This document shows positions 52,851 to 63,035 of a DNA stretch of 64,000 bases, in pieces. Within the stretch, counting starts at the first letter, position 1. Every line of letters starts with the position of its first letter. The stretch comes from an uncultured virus (IMG/VR IMGVR_UViG_3300024518_006364) (Duplodnaviria > Heunggongvirae > Uroviricota > Caudoviricetes). The notes beneath the pieces were generated by a model. It worked only from the letters and a program-made list of their open reading frames with translations. It was not told the DNA's origin and did no database searches. A program made the translations under genes and the position numbers. The stretch lies in the IMG/VR virus record IMGVR_UViG_3300024518_006364. The stretch is one strand, 5' to 3'.

Positions 52851-55800
52851 GGCAGGCCCGACTTGGAATGGCCTGGGCTGGCGAGGAAACGTCAGGCTAG
52901 ACTGGTCGAGGAGCGGCAGGCTCGGCTAGGCATGGACCGTCGAGACCCGTTGTTGCAAGACGCGGCGAGGCATGGCTGGCCTTGGTTCGGCAGGCATGGC
53001 ACTCCACGCCCTGCCGCGGTGCGGACGTGCGCGACTAGGCAAGGAAAGGCAGGCCACGCACTGCCCGGTTTGGGCAGGCACAGCTTGGCGTGGTCGGGCA
53101 GGCAAGACGCCGCATGGTGGGGTACCGCATTCCTCGGTGTCCCAAGGCGGCGCGACGCGAGGCAGGAGAGGCTGTGCATGGCGCGGTTTGCCGTGGTGCG
53201 ACAGACCCGGCTTGGCGGGACAAGGCGTGGATAGGCAGGCGACGCACGTATTCGCGAGGCTAGCTTTGGGAAGACATGGTCAGGCAGGCAAGGAATCGCA
53301 AGGCTCGTCAGCGTTAGGATTGTCCGGGAATGGTCCGGCAGGCGTGGCAAGTTAAGGCATCGAGGTGTGGGACACGGCAAGGCAGGCACGGCGAGGACTC
53401 GTGCGTCATTGTGAGGCTGCTCCGCGAGAGGCGAGGCAGGCATGGTAACGATGGTGCGGTGGCGAGAGGTCGCGACCGCGAGGCGAGGCAGGCTCCGTTA
53501 GTCTCGGGCGGAAAGGTGCGCCTCGGCACGGCATGGCAGGATCGGTGAGGCTAGTCCGCGAGATGCGGGACAGCGCTTCGCCGGGCGTGGCAGGCGACGC
53601 CAGTCTGCTCAAGTAACGGCGGCGAAAGATTGGGCAAGGCAGGCGACGATACGCGGGGCAAGCGGCGGAAAGGCGTGGTTTGGTGCGGCAGGCGTTGCTA
53701 GTCCCGTCACGGCACGGAGTGGAAAGTCCCGGTTAGTCGGGGCAGGCGAGGTAGCTCATGTGGACGCAAGCCCACGAGGGGCGCGGCAGGCAAGGCATCG
53801 TGAGGTACGGTGGCGACGGCCCAGGAAGCACATGCTCTGGTGTCGCCAGGTACGGCAGGCAAGGCACGGCGCGGTGCGTCGGCGATCGGCGCGTCCTCGA
53901 TCGGCCAGGCACGGCAGGCAACGCAAGTCCGCGCATCACTAGGCGCGGAGGGGCGACGTTAGGCAGGCGGCGCATGGCGAGCCTACGCCTGACACGGTTC
54001 TGCAAGACATGGTGGGGCAGGCGAGCGTTCGCTTGGTTCGGTGCGGCGTGGCGTGATTCGTACCGGCTCGGCCGGAGAGGCACGGCTGCGATGGACATCG
54101 TGGGGTAAGCCCCGGATGGGCAGGCGACGCTGTGCGAGGCGAGGCTTTGATCGTGATGGCGTGGCGCGACGTGGCTCGCGGCGGTCTGGCAGGCAAGTCG
54201 GCGCAAGTCACGGCACGAAGTGGCGCGGTTAGGCAGGCACGGCAAGTTCACGCAAGATCCGGAATGCCATCCCACGGCGAGGTCAGGCAGGCGTCTCTAG
54301 TCGACGCGTGGAAGGCCAAGGCAACTTCGGGCGAGACGCGGCAGGTCCGGCGGTACTAGGAATGCCATTGCTGGGCGCGACACGCATTGCCAAGGTGTTG
54401 CAGGCCCCGAGTGGATAGGAATGGCAAGTCTGGGCTTCGTGAGGTTAGGCGTGGATCGGCAGACTAGGCAACACGCTGTGAGGTCGCGACAGGCACGGCT
54501 GGGCTCGGCAGGCAACGCCTCTCTCGGCTATGCTTGACGGGTCCAGACAAGATTTGGCGTGGCAGGCTACGCTTCGAGTTGCTCGACAAGCCGGGTCCGG
54601 GATCGGCCGGATCTGGTAAGGCGGGGCAGGAAAGGCCCGGCAACTCAACGCCCGAAAAGGCGGGGCACGGGTGACGCACGTTGTGGCAGGCAAGGACCAG
54701 CACGGCAAGTCCAGGAAGCGTCCGGATAGGCAAGGCAGGCATGGACTGCTCTGGCGAGGCACGGCGTTGCGTCGTGTGTTCGGGCAAGGCATGGAATGCC
54801 CAGGAGGGGCAGGCGCGGACCGAATAGGTAGTGCGAGGCGTGCCGTCGGCCGGTAGCAAAAGGCACGGCAGGCGTGGCGAGTCCCGGAACGGAACCAAAG
54901 GCAAGGCAGGGCGGGGTCTGGCAGGCGAGGCTGCGTTTGGAGGGGTGAGACACGGTGTCTCCAGGTGGGGCATGGCATGGTGTGGCAGGCACGTCAACGC
55001 GAGGCTTCGAATGCCGAGGCGTAGCGAGACTAGACGTGGCACGGCAGGCGGAGCGGGTCCACGCGTGGCGCGGAGCGGTTGCGACCGATCTGGCAGGATC
55101 GGCAAGACGCGTCTAGGAATGGTTCTCCCAGGCATGGAGAGGAGCGGCAGGCAAGGCTGCGACTGCAACTGCAAGGCTAGGCGAGGCGTGGATGGGCAGG
55201 CTAGTAGTCGCGGGGCGAGGCTGGGTCACGAACAGTCAGCCCCGGCTTGGCAGGTTCGGCGTGGATCGACAAGGACTGGCAGGCAAGCCTCCGTAAGGAG
55301 TGACAAGGCAACCCGTTGGCACGGTACGGCAGGCTCGGCGGAAGGCGTCGAGAGGCTGGTCTCGGATACGATAGGCATGGAAAGCCGCGGTGGGACAAGG
55401 CAGGCAAGGATCGCTTTGCTGGCAATGGCAAGGGCTGGTCAGGCAGGCATTGAGAGCCTTGTCTCGGCTCGGCTTGGACGGGTGACGCATGGCAGGCTAC
55501 GTTACTCAACGTATGCCAGGACACCGCGAGACACGGTTAGGCAGGAAAGGCTCTGAGAGGCCGGGCGTGGAGTGGACGGTCCAGGCTGGGCATGGCACGT
55601 CGAGGCAGGACTCGCATGACGAGTCTTGGCGCTACGGAGCCAGGTGCGGAATCGAGAGGCACGGCAGGCGGCGCAAGAGAGCGCAAGGCTGGACCGCGAC
55701 AGGAATGGCGAGGCAGGCCCCGAAACGGTGGGGCAGGCGAGGATTGTTGAGGACGGCCATGGGTTGTCCCGGAGCGTCCACGCGAGACACGGCAGGCATG

Positions 55801-55947
55801 GCATTGCCAGGACGGGCGAGTCTACGCTACGTGGGTCCAGGCAGGCAAGGCACGGACGTGCATGTACAGGCAAGTCCTCGAGAGACGAGGTCTCGCAGGT
55901 TGCGCGAGACGAGGAGCGACTTGCATTGGCACGGCGTCGAAAGACAC
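52851..55947 (+). repeat. Non-coding array of ~55 units, each GGCA + n x (GGN-NN pentamer); candidate guide-RNA array (not CRISPR)
   Basis: GGCAGG delimiters at 52851, 52915, 52989, 53048, 53097, 53161 and onward. Spacings of 64, 74, 59, 49, 64 fit 5n+4. Confidence 0.9.
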
Positions 55948-55948
55948 G

Positions 55949-55976
55949 GGGCCCCTCTTCGGAGGGGCTCTTTTTT
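55949..55976 (+). terminator. Intrinsic terminator closing the array
   Basis: GGGCCCCTC-TTCG-GAGGGGCTC-TTTTTT. Confidence 0.85.
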
Positions 55977-55985
55977 GGAGGATAG

Positions 55986-56315
55986 ATGCCCTGGGCAATG
56001 TTCACAAAGAGAACGAACCCACCGAAATTAACCTGGCTACGTCGACACCTTGACATGGCCGGAATCCCCAACCGACTCAGCGGAGAGAGCTTTCACGCTC
56101 CGATCCTCCAAGTGCCCGAGGAGGACCTGGATGCAGCGTGGAAGATTCTCACCCCCGTGGACGACATCCCCGATGACGATGAGCAGTTCAATGAGGGCCT
56201 CCGGCGTGTCCCGGGTTGCCCCCAACGCTGTTGGACCAAGGGCGCGCTGCACGTGTGCAAACTCGGACAACCCGGATATTTCTGTCCCCGTTGCTGGAGA
56301 AGACTAGAGACATAG
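55986..56315 (+). CDS. Hypothetical protein
   Basis: GGAGG RBS. Confidence 0.6.
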   Translation: MPWAMFTKRTNPPKLTWLRRHLDMAGIPNRLSGESFHAPILQVPEEDLDAAWKILTPVDDIPDDDEQFNEGLRRVPGCPQRCWTKGALHVCKLGQPGYFCPRCWRRLET

Positions 56316-56327
56316 AAGAGGTGAACA

Positions 56328-57110
56328 GTGGTAGGAATCCCCCATTTTCTGAAATCGAAAAGTCAGCTCAAGCGTGAGCGCGAATACGAGAAGCGCAAGG
56401 CCGAGGAGATGCTCGGGAAGGCCATCCCGTTCGACCCCAAGTTCAAGTGGCAGAAGGAAGTCTGTTTCGACGCCAATTCCTACAACGCGTGGCTGAAGAA
56501 GTTCTTCCTCTTCCCAGATCTCGAGGCAGTCACGCCGAAGACGATGGACCCGTTGGACGGTCCGCACATCGCCAGTCCGAGCGGAGATCTGGTCTACGTT
56601 CACCGAACATTTCCCAAGGCAACGCGCCTGGGGACCGTGTACGGAAAGCACACAGGGTCGGTGTGGTTTACGGGTCCGGTGACGTTTCCGGTGCTTCTTC
56701 GCAGGCGCCAGGGACACATGGAACTTCGCGATGAGAACGTCTGGATGTCACTCACTCCGTTCGAGGTCTTCTCTCTGCGCGGAGGAACCAGATACGCCAA
56801 AGGCCACACTGTCATCGCAGGCCTCGGACTGGGCTACCAGCTGATCCAGGTCTGCAAGCGGAAGAAGGTCAAGCGTGTGACGTTGGTCGAGATCGAGAAG
56901 GAGCTCGTTGACTGGTTGCTTCCAGTGATTCGTCCTCACTTGAACGGCATGAATGTGAAGGTCGTCATCGGCGATGCCAGGAAGCTCGTTCCGAAGATGA
57001 CAGCCGACTCGGCTCTGATCGATATCGACGCAGGATACGGAGGCAACTACATCGCGGAGTGCCCCAAGATCGGACACGTTTGGGTCTGGGGTTCGACTTA
57101 CGCAGACTGA
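56328..57110 (+). CDS. Class I SAM-dependent methyltransferase-fold protein (spermidine synthase-like)
   Basis: Motifs VIAGLGLGY, VTLVEIE and VVIGDA. Confidence 0.75.
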   Translation: MVGIPHFLKSKSQLKREREYEKRKAEEMLGKAIPFDPKFKWQKEVCFDANSYNAWLKKFFLFPDLEAVTPKTMDPLDGPHIASPSGDLVYVHRTFPKATRLGTVYGKHTGSVWFTGPVTFPVLLRRRQGHMELRDENVWMSLTPFEVFSLRGGTRYAKGHTVIAGLGLGYQLIQVCKRKKVKRVTLVEIEKELVDWLLPVIRPHLNGMNVKVVIGDARKLVPKMTADSALIDIDAGYGGNYIAECPKIGHVWVWGSTYAD

Positions 57111-57122
57111 CAAGGAGGGAAC

Positions 57123-57806
57123 ATGTCTCAGTTGATCGTGTCCCTGCGTGAGATCGCGGGGGCCTACACTGACTGTCGCCGCCACTATCACAACCTGCTG
57201 CACATCCAGCAGATGTTCCAAGATGCCAAGAGATTCGGAATTCACCTGATCGACGTACAAGTCGCCGCCATCTGGGGACACGACATTGTCTACGTTCCCG
57301 GCGCCCCCGACAACGAAGAACAGAGCGCAGATCTCACGTGCTCCCTCCTTGCCGAGGAGGGTGCGTGTCGCATCGTGACCGATGCCGTCCGCGAGATCAT
57401 TCTCTGCACCAAGAACCACGTGCCCACCTGTGACGCTGCGAAGGACGTCATCGATCTCGACCTGGCTCCGCTTGGCTATGACAACGAGGCTTACTGTGCA
57501 GGTTCTTTGAACGTGTACAAGGAAGCCAAGGCGTTCATTCCCGATCTGGACGATGGGGAGTACGTCGGAAAACGCATTCAGTTTCTCGCTGCGTACCTGG
57601 CCAAGCTCCCGCTGTACACCACTGTTTGGGGCAGCGAGGCGTTCGATCGTCAGGCCCGGGTCAACATGAAGATCGAGCTCAGGACCCTCCAGGAATGGTT
57701 CAAAGGAGGCGGAGGGATCCTGGACGACATCGAGGACTACGAAAGTCTTTTCACGGTTTTCAGGGACCTCGCAAGGATCGAGAGAGGTAAGGAGGAAGAG
57801 GCATGA
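57123..57806 (+). CDS. HD-superfamily phosphohydrolase
   Basis: Motifs RHYHNLLH, GHDIVY..NEEQSA and IDLDL. Confidence 0.8.
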   Translation: MSQLIVSLREIAGAYTDCRRHYHNLLHIQQMFQDAKRFGIHLIDVQVAAIWGHDIVYVPGAPDNEEQSADLTCSLLAEEGACRIVTDAVREIILCTKNHVPTCDAAKDVIDLDLAPLGYDNEAYCAGSLNVYKEAKAFIPDLDDGEYVGKRIQFLAAYLAKLPLYTTVWGSEAFDRQARVNMKIELRTLQEWFKGGGGILDDIEDYESLFTVFRDLARIERGKEEEA

Positions 57807-59351
57807 CCGAGTCCGCCGACGATCAACGTTTCCGGATGCTCCAAGAGCGTCTGGAAGAGGCGACGCGTGCCCTCGAGACGGCCAATCTCAACCGAACTGC
57901 CCTACGAGGAAAACTGACCTTAGCCAAGAGCGACAAGGAAGAAGCTGAGAAACAGCTCGCACAGATAAAGGAAAACATCGGGCGCGGCAACAAGGAGCAG
58001 ACGCGCATCCGAGGTGAGTTTCAGGAGCGCGCTGAGACCGCGGAAGACCTCATCCACGAGGGTCTCGTCTTTCCCTGGGACCACCCGGTCTTTGAGGGGT
58101 GGGAGGTTATCGAGTTCACACGCCACCAGGACTACGACGGTGACCTCTGTGTCATCGTTACGCTCTACAACGAGTTCGACAACAACGCCTTCCGCGAGGT
58201 CGGCGTGAGCGACGAGAGCGTTTGGATGGAGCTCATGCAGCGCGTCTTCAAGTGGGGAAAGGGGCTGGCGCAATGAACGAGCTGCTCGTGTACGGATTGC
58301 TCATATTCTGCGTGGTCTCCGTTGCGTGCCACGTCGCCACGTTCCTCTACTGGAATCGGAGCATCGCCAAGGTGGGCAGGCTTCGAATGAGGTGCTGGGC
58401 CCTTGCTCGACGTCTGGCGCCACACGACCCCGGCTACGTACAGGAGTACTGGGGTGAGATGATGATTCGAAGCCCTGATGGGGGATGGGAGAAATACGAT
58501 GCCTGATCACGAGTACGATGTCGAAATGTGCCGGACCTACTACGGGCATGCCACGCTCAGGGTCACCGCGCCCAACATGAAGAAGGCCAAGGTGAAAGCG
58601 CTCGACACACCGAACGTTGAGTACAGCGGACTCGATGGGGACGCTCCCGACGTGGTCATCAGCATGCGCCGCCTGCCTGATAAGCCGAAAGCCAAGAAGC
58701 CGCCGAAGATGGTCGAGGGCTCGGACGAGTGGGAAAAGGCGGCCAACAAGGTCGCCCGTTGTGGGGTTGTACTCATTTCTTGCAGGCACTGCGGCTATCC
58801 AGTGCATGAGGGCTATACCTGCTCCGGGTGTGGCTCGAGCTCGCCCCGCTGATTGCTTCCACGTGTTCTGTCGCGTATCCTGTCCCCGGAGGCTGAAATG
58901 GGATGGGTACTACTTGCTGTTCTCGTCGGGATGTTCGGCTGGGCCGGATACCTGATGTTCTGGAAGGACGGATGAAAAACTGCCTTTGGCGTTTTCTTGC
59001 TCCTCCGATAGCGGTCGGCGCGTTTCTCATCGCCGGGGCGCTGCTGTCCCCGCTGTTCGTGTACCACGTTCTCTGGGGCAGCGATGAGGAAGGCACTTCA
59101 CCGTGAACTGGAAGAAAGGGCCCATGATCGACGAGTTCCCCACGTTCATTTGCAACACGCGCTTTTGCGTCATGCCTGTCCCCCGAAAGGGGGGCTGGTT
59201 CGTAGTCGATCTGGACGACGAGCATGAGGACCTGGGCCCGTTCGAGTCTGCCGGGGATGCGATGGAGGCATTCGAGTTTCCTGAGGACTTGAAGGATCTG
59301 ACTGAAGATGAGGATGATATTCTGGTTGTTGTCGATACGCCCGATTCTTGA
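57803..59351 (+). other. Hypothetical CDSs (57803-58276, 58273-58506, 58499-58852, 59103-59351)
   Basis: Coupled ORFs. Confidence 0.55.
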
Positions 59352-59374
59352 TACCCTCGGGACCGGAGGATGCG

Positions 59375-59713
59375 ATGTTGACTTTCACGAAGGTCGGACA
59401 GCTGCGGACGCCGCCCCCCGGCTCCAAGATTGGCCCGTTGAACCAGCCGTCCAAGGCGACTTTTTCCCAGAGGGGGCTGGAAGGAAAGCCGATGTCCGTG
59501 CTCAAGCCGGGGGCAGGTTCGGCCAGGCCCTCGAAGCGGGTATCGCCCAACCAGGCGCGCGCTCAAGCTGCGCACGCGGCCCCGGCTGCCTCGGCCCCAC
59601 CGAAGAAGAGGACTCCTCCGACGGAGACGCAGAAGGCGAACAGGCAGGCGCAACGAAAAGCCAAGCCCGACATCCGCCGCGCACAACAAGGCCAGAGCTA
59701 CGCAACAAGATAG
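59375..59713 (+). CDS. Basic low-complexity protein with N-terminal LTFTKVGQ tag
   Basis: GGAGG RBS; TTGTCG-N17-TACCCT promoter; downstream terminator. Confidence 0.65.
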   Translation: MLTFTKVGQLRTPPPGSKIGPLNQPSKATFSQRGLEGKPMSVLKPGAGSARPSKRVSPNQARAQAAHAAPAASAPPKKRTPPTETQKANRQAQRKAKPDIRRAQQGQSYATR

Positions 59714-59765
59714 TTAGAGAAGCAGTCGGACTGCTTTTCTTTTGCCACCAAAGAGGGAGGTCGTG

Positions 59766-60188
59766 ATGGCTTTGGACATGGAGTGCACTGTGATGGCGAA
59801 GCTGACATTCGACAAGGAGCAGATCGAGGCGGACTACGATATTGCCAAGACACGGGGCGATGAGATCATCAAGGCGCTCGGGCTAGAAGATCTCGGAATC
59901 GGTGAGCCTGTCACCAAGGACGACCCACTGACGTTCAACCTGAAGTGCTACCTTTGCACCACGAGCGTGCAGGTAGCAATCTCTGCCGCCGTAGGCGTCG
60001 CCTTCGCGCCCCTCGCCGCCGGAGGTGAGATCGCAGCGGCAGCAGCCGAAACGCTCGGCGCGGCGATCTGCGTCGTCATCGGCATCACCGCGAACGCCGT
60101 GGCCAACTTCGTCCTGGGCATCATGCAGGACTGTTCCGGACCGGGGGAGCTCTGCCAGGAGCTGGCGAACAAGGCGTGCAACTGCTAA
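59766..60188 (+). CDS. Cys-rich hydrophobic protein (saposin-like or bacteriocin-like)
   Basis: CYLC..C..C..P.ELC..L...CNC bracketing Ala/Gly-rich helices. Confidence 0.5.
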   Translation: MALDMECTVMAKLTFDKEQIEADYDIAKTRGDEIIKALGLEDLGIGEPVTKDDPLTFNLKCYLCTTSVQVAISAAVGVAFAPLAAGGEIAAAAAETLGAAICVVIGITANAVANFVLGIMQDCSGPGELCQELANKACNC

Positions 60189-60295
60189 ACAACAGAAAAG
60201 ATTGCCGACAAGTAACTCTATGTGCCGCTCCTCCACCTAAAAATTGTGTCCCGGGGGCTCTCCCCGTATAATCCCCCCAACAAGGAGGACTTCTC

Positions 60296-62812
60296 ATGGG
60301 TACACTGCGTGTCACGGCCACCAAGGATCAGACACAGATCCTTCTCAACTTTTCGAGCGGTTCTGCGGTCACACTCAGTCTGATCGGGGACTACCACGAT
60401 TTTGACTTCAACGACTTGCTCACCCTGGACGACGGTGATGATGTCATGACGTCCATGCTCACGGCCAGGGATGAGGGGGACGTCACGATCAAGGACGGGG
60501 CTGTCACCCTTGTCGAGTCCGGAGCCGGAGCAGGGGAGATCGACGTTGCCGACCTGGCCGCGCTGAAGGCCTACCTGGAATCAGCGACGGTTGCAGAGGC
60601 AACGGTTGACTCCCCGATCCTGTACGTCGACGGGACGAACGGTGACGATGCCTTTGACGGCAAGGAGGGCACTCCCCTCAAGACCATCACGGCTGCCCTC
60701 GCGGCTGCGCTGGCCCTGGAGACCGCCGACCCGACGCTCACCGTCACGCTCATGCTCGAGCCGGGGGACTACACGGGAGAGGATTTGGACTTCTCAGTCG
60801 GCGCCGCACTTCAGCGGATCGCCGTCGAGGCACGTGTTCCCCGAACCGCACTCGTCGGCAGCATCCTCGCCATCGACGACGATGCCGACGGTCTCAAGCT
60901 GGTTGTGTTGCGTGGGCTGACACAACCCACGGGGGCCTACGAGACCACGTTCAGCACCACCAATGACGTGGACGTGTACACCGAGGGCCTGCACATCGAG
61001 AACTGTTCCCTCAACCCGACGAACAATGCCTGGTTCGGTCAGGCGGGCATCCTGCGCATTTCCAACACGGACATGGGCAACTACCGCATCATCAACTGCG
61101 GCAATGGGCGATTGGAAAATGTGTACTGCGCAGGCACGGCACAGACCAATACCTATGAGTGGAACGAGACCAGTGAAGGCAAGCCTCCGGCGATCACCGC
61201 GTCTGTGATCCGGCTCGTGGATGTGCAATCTCCGAGCCGGATTCAAGGCGAGCATTCCAATGGTGGCACCGTCACGATGGACGTGTACTTGGAGGGCAGT
61301 ACGTCGCTTCACACGAACAAGACGGGAGCGGCCTCGTTCACGTCGGACATCGCGAACGGCTGTCACTTCCACGTCGGAGTGGGATGCAGCATCCTGTCAC
61401 CGTCCGGCGCAACCCTCGGAGCCAACTGTGAACTGGAGCTGGCCGAGAGCGCGGAGGTCCCTGCCCTGGTCGATTGGACCCTCGACGCGGCAGCGATTCT
61501 TACGCTGCCGGACCCTGGCCTCACCCACGTCTACGTCAGCCAGCAGCACGGGCACGACAGCTTCAACGGGCACAAGAACTACCCCGTTGCCGACATGATC
61601 CGCGCCTTTGAGCTGGTCGACGCGCTGAACGCCGCAGACAGCACGATCCCGGTCCATATCGAGGTCGGACCCAACGACAACGACACCGACTACGAGTACG
61701 TCGACATGGACGGCGAGGGCTTCGCCGACCTTGCCAACTTTGTCGTCAACGCGGTGCGTGGCTCCGTGCGCTGGGAGGGCGGCGAGAAGTACAGCGATCT
61801 GGACGGCTCGGTGCGATTCGAGTTCAACGGGCTGATCGTCACCAGCGCCGGGTTCCTCGGGTTTGGTGGAGACACTGCTGGCACCGCGCTCTCGGACGGC
61901 CTGTACTTCAACGATTGCATTCTCGAAGCCTCGTCCGAGGCATGGGCCATCCAGGGCATCAGCGAATGGCGCAATTGCGAATTCGAGGGTGACGCGACTC
62001 CTTATGCCGAGTACGACAACGACGTGCGTTATATCGGCTGCTCGAACAACGACAACATGCAGCACTGGTGGGAGTGGAACGCGGCCAGTTCGGCGACCGG
62101 TATCACTGATCAGACAGTGCGGATTGAGAACTGCGCATTCTACGGCGAGTACCAGGCGCACAAGAATGGGGCCGACGCTGGTGCGCTGGACGTCGAAGTC
62201 CGCAACAGTCTGCTCGATTCCGATGATGGCGGTCTCGGTCTCTTCCTGTCGCGCGGCGGCGGGGCCAGTGGCTCGTGCAACGTGACCCTGTTCCCCGGCA
62301 GTGGAGTCAAGCTGTCGCAACGGGTCCACGTCAACGCGAACCAGGTCAACGCGGGGTGCACGCGGACGGCCCTGAAGGGAGCGGTCCTCGACGATGCCGG
62401 GGTCACGCCGGTCACGAACGCGGGCACGCTGATCGACGACAACGCCAAGAAGGTCGTGGTCGCCTCCGTGGACCTCAAGGACGGCGCGTCCGATTTCAGT
62501 GCTCCCGTTCCCCACAGTGTCGATTTCAACTTCGTCCCGACGCGGGCCGTGGTCCGATGCCGCACCGCGACCGCTCTGGCGGGAGATACCTCGATCAGCA
62601 TCGGCACGTCGGCGGGCGGCACGCAGATCCTCGCATCCACACCGCTCACTGGCCTGGATGCGGCGGACGAGACGTTCCTGCTCGACTCACTCGTCGCGGC
62701 CATCTCCAAGATCGCGGGACAGGCCACGATCTACGTCAAGGTCACCTCGGTCGACACCGGCACGAGCGGTACCGCAGACGTCGAACTGCACGGCGATCAG
62801 GTCGCGGCCTAA
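60296..62812 (+). CDS. Large acidic beta-helix (pectin-lyase-like) protein, probably virion-associated
   Basis: Two YV...G.D...G....P repeats; recurring I.NC motifs; TTGTGT-N17-TATAAT promoter. Confidence 0.65.
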   Translation: MGTLRVTATKDQTQILLNFSSGSAVTLSLIGDYHDFDFNDLLTLDDGDDVMTSMLTARDEGDVTIKDGAVTLVESGAGAGEIDVADLAALKAYLESATVAEATVDSPILYVDGTNGDDAFDGKEGTPLKTITAALAAALALETADPTLTVTLMLEPGDYTGEDLDFSVGAALQRIAVEARVPRTALVGSILAIDDDADGLKLVVLRGLTQPTGAYETTFSTTNDVDVYTEGLHIENCSLNPTNNAWFGQAGILRISNTDMGNYRIINCGNGRLENVYCAGTAQTNTYEWNETSEGKPPAITASVIRLVDVQSPSRIQGEHSNGGTVTMDVYLEGSTSLHTNKTGAASFTSDIANGCHFHVGVGCSILSPSGATLGANCELELAESAEVPALVDWTLDAAAILTLPDPGLTHVYVSQQHGHDSFNGHKNYPVADMIRAFELVDALNAADSTIPVHIEVGPNDNDTDYEYVDMDGEGFADLANFVVNAVRGSVRWEGGEKYSDLDGSVRFEFNGLIVTSAGFLGFGGDTAGTALSDGLYFNDCILEASSEAWAIQGISEWRNCEFEGDATPYAEYDNDVRYIGCSNNDNMQHWWEWNAASSATGITDQTVRIENCAFYGEYQAHKNGADAGALDVEVRNSLLDSDDGGLGLFLSRGGGASGSCNVTLFPGSGVKLSQRVHVNANQVNAGCTRTALKGAVLDDAGVTPVTNAGTLIDDNAKKVVVASVDLKDGASDFSAPVPHSVDFNFVPTRAVVRCRTATALAGDTSISIGTSAGGTQILASTPLTGLDAADETFLLDSLVAAISKIAGQATIYVKVTSVDTGTSGTADVELHGDQVAA

Positions 62813-62833
62813 CGGCCAGGAAGGAACAGAACA

Positions 62834-63025
62834 ATGGACGGATACAACGACTGGGCCGACAAGGGCACAGCCCGCGCATATGCCAAGGCCAATGGCAAGG
62901 GGATGTGGCGGACGGAAAAGGACAACGGAGACCGCGAGGTATTCGTCGGTGCTGCCAAGCCGACCCAGAACTCGGATGGCACCGACGTCGACAAGGTCGT
63001 GACGATGCTGCCGCCTCCGGCGTAG
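62834..63025 (+). CDS. Small hypothetical protein
   Basis: AGGA RBS; codon bias. Confidence 0.5.
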   Translation: MDGYNDWADKGTARAYAKANGKGMWRTEKDNGDREVFVGAAKPTQNSDGTDVDKVVTMLPPPA

Positions 63026-63035
63026 CCGCGAGTAG

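Noticed and set aside
52851..55947. CRISPR array
   Set aside because: There is no identical 23-50 bp direct repeat. The only constant is a 6-7 nt delimiter, and the intervening sequence is itself 5-nt periodic.
52863..56071. Arg/Gly/Ala-rich ORFs on both strands across the array
   Set aside because: They are fragmentary and overlapping, lack RBSs, and have 5-nt rather than 3-nt periodicity. They are by-products of the repeat.
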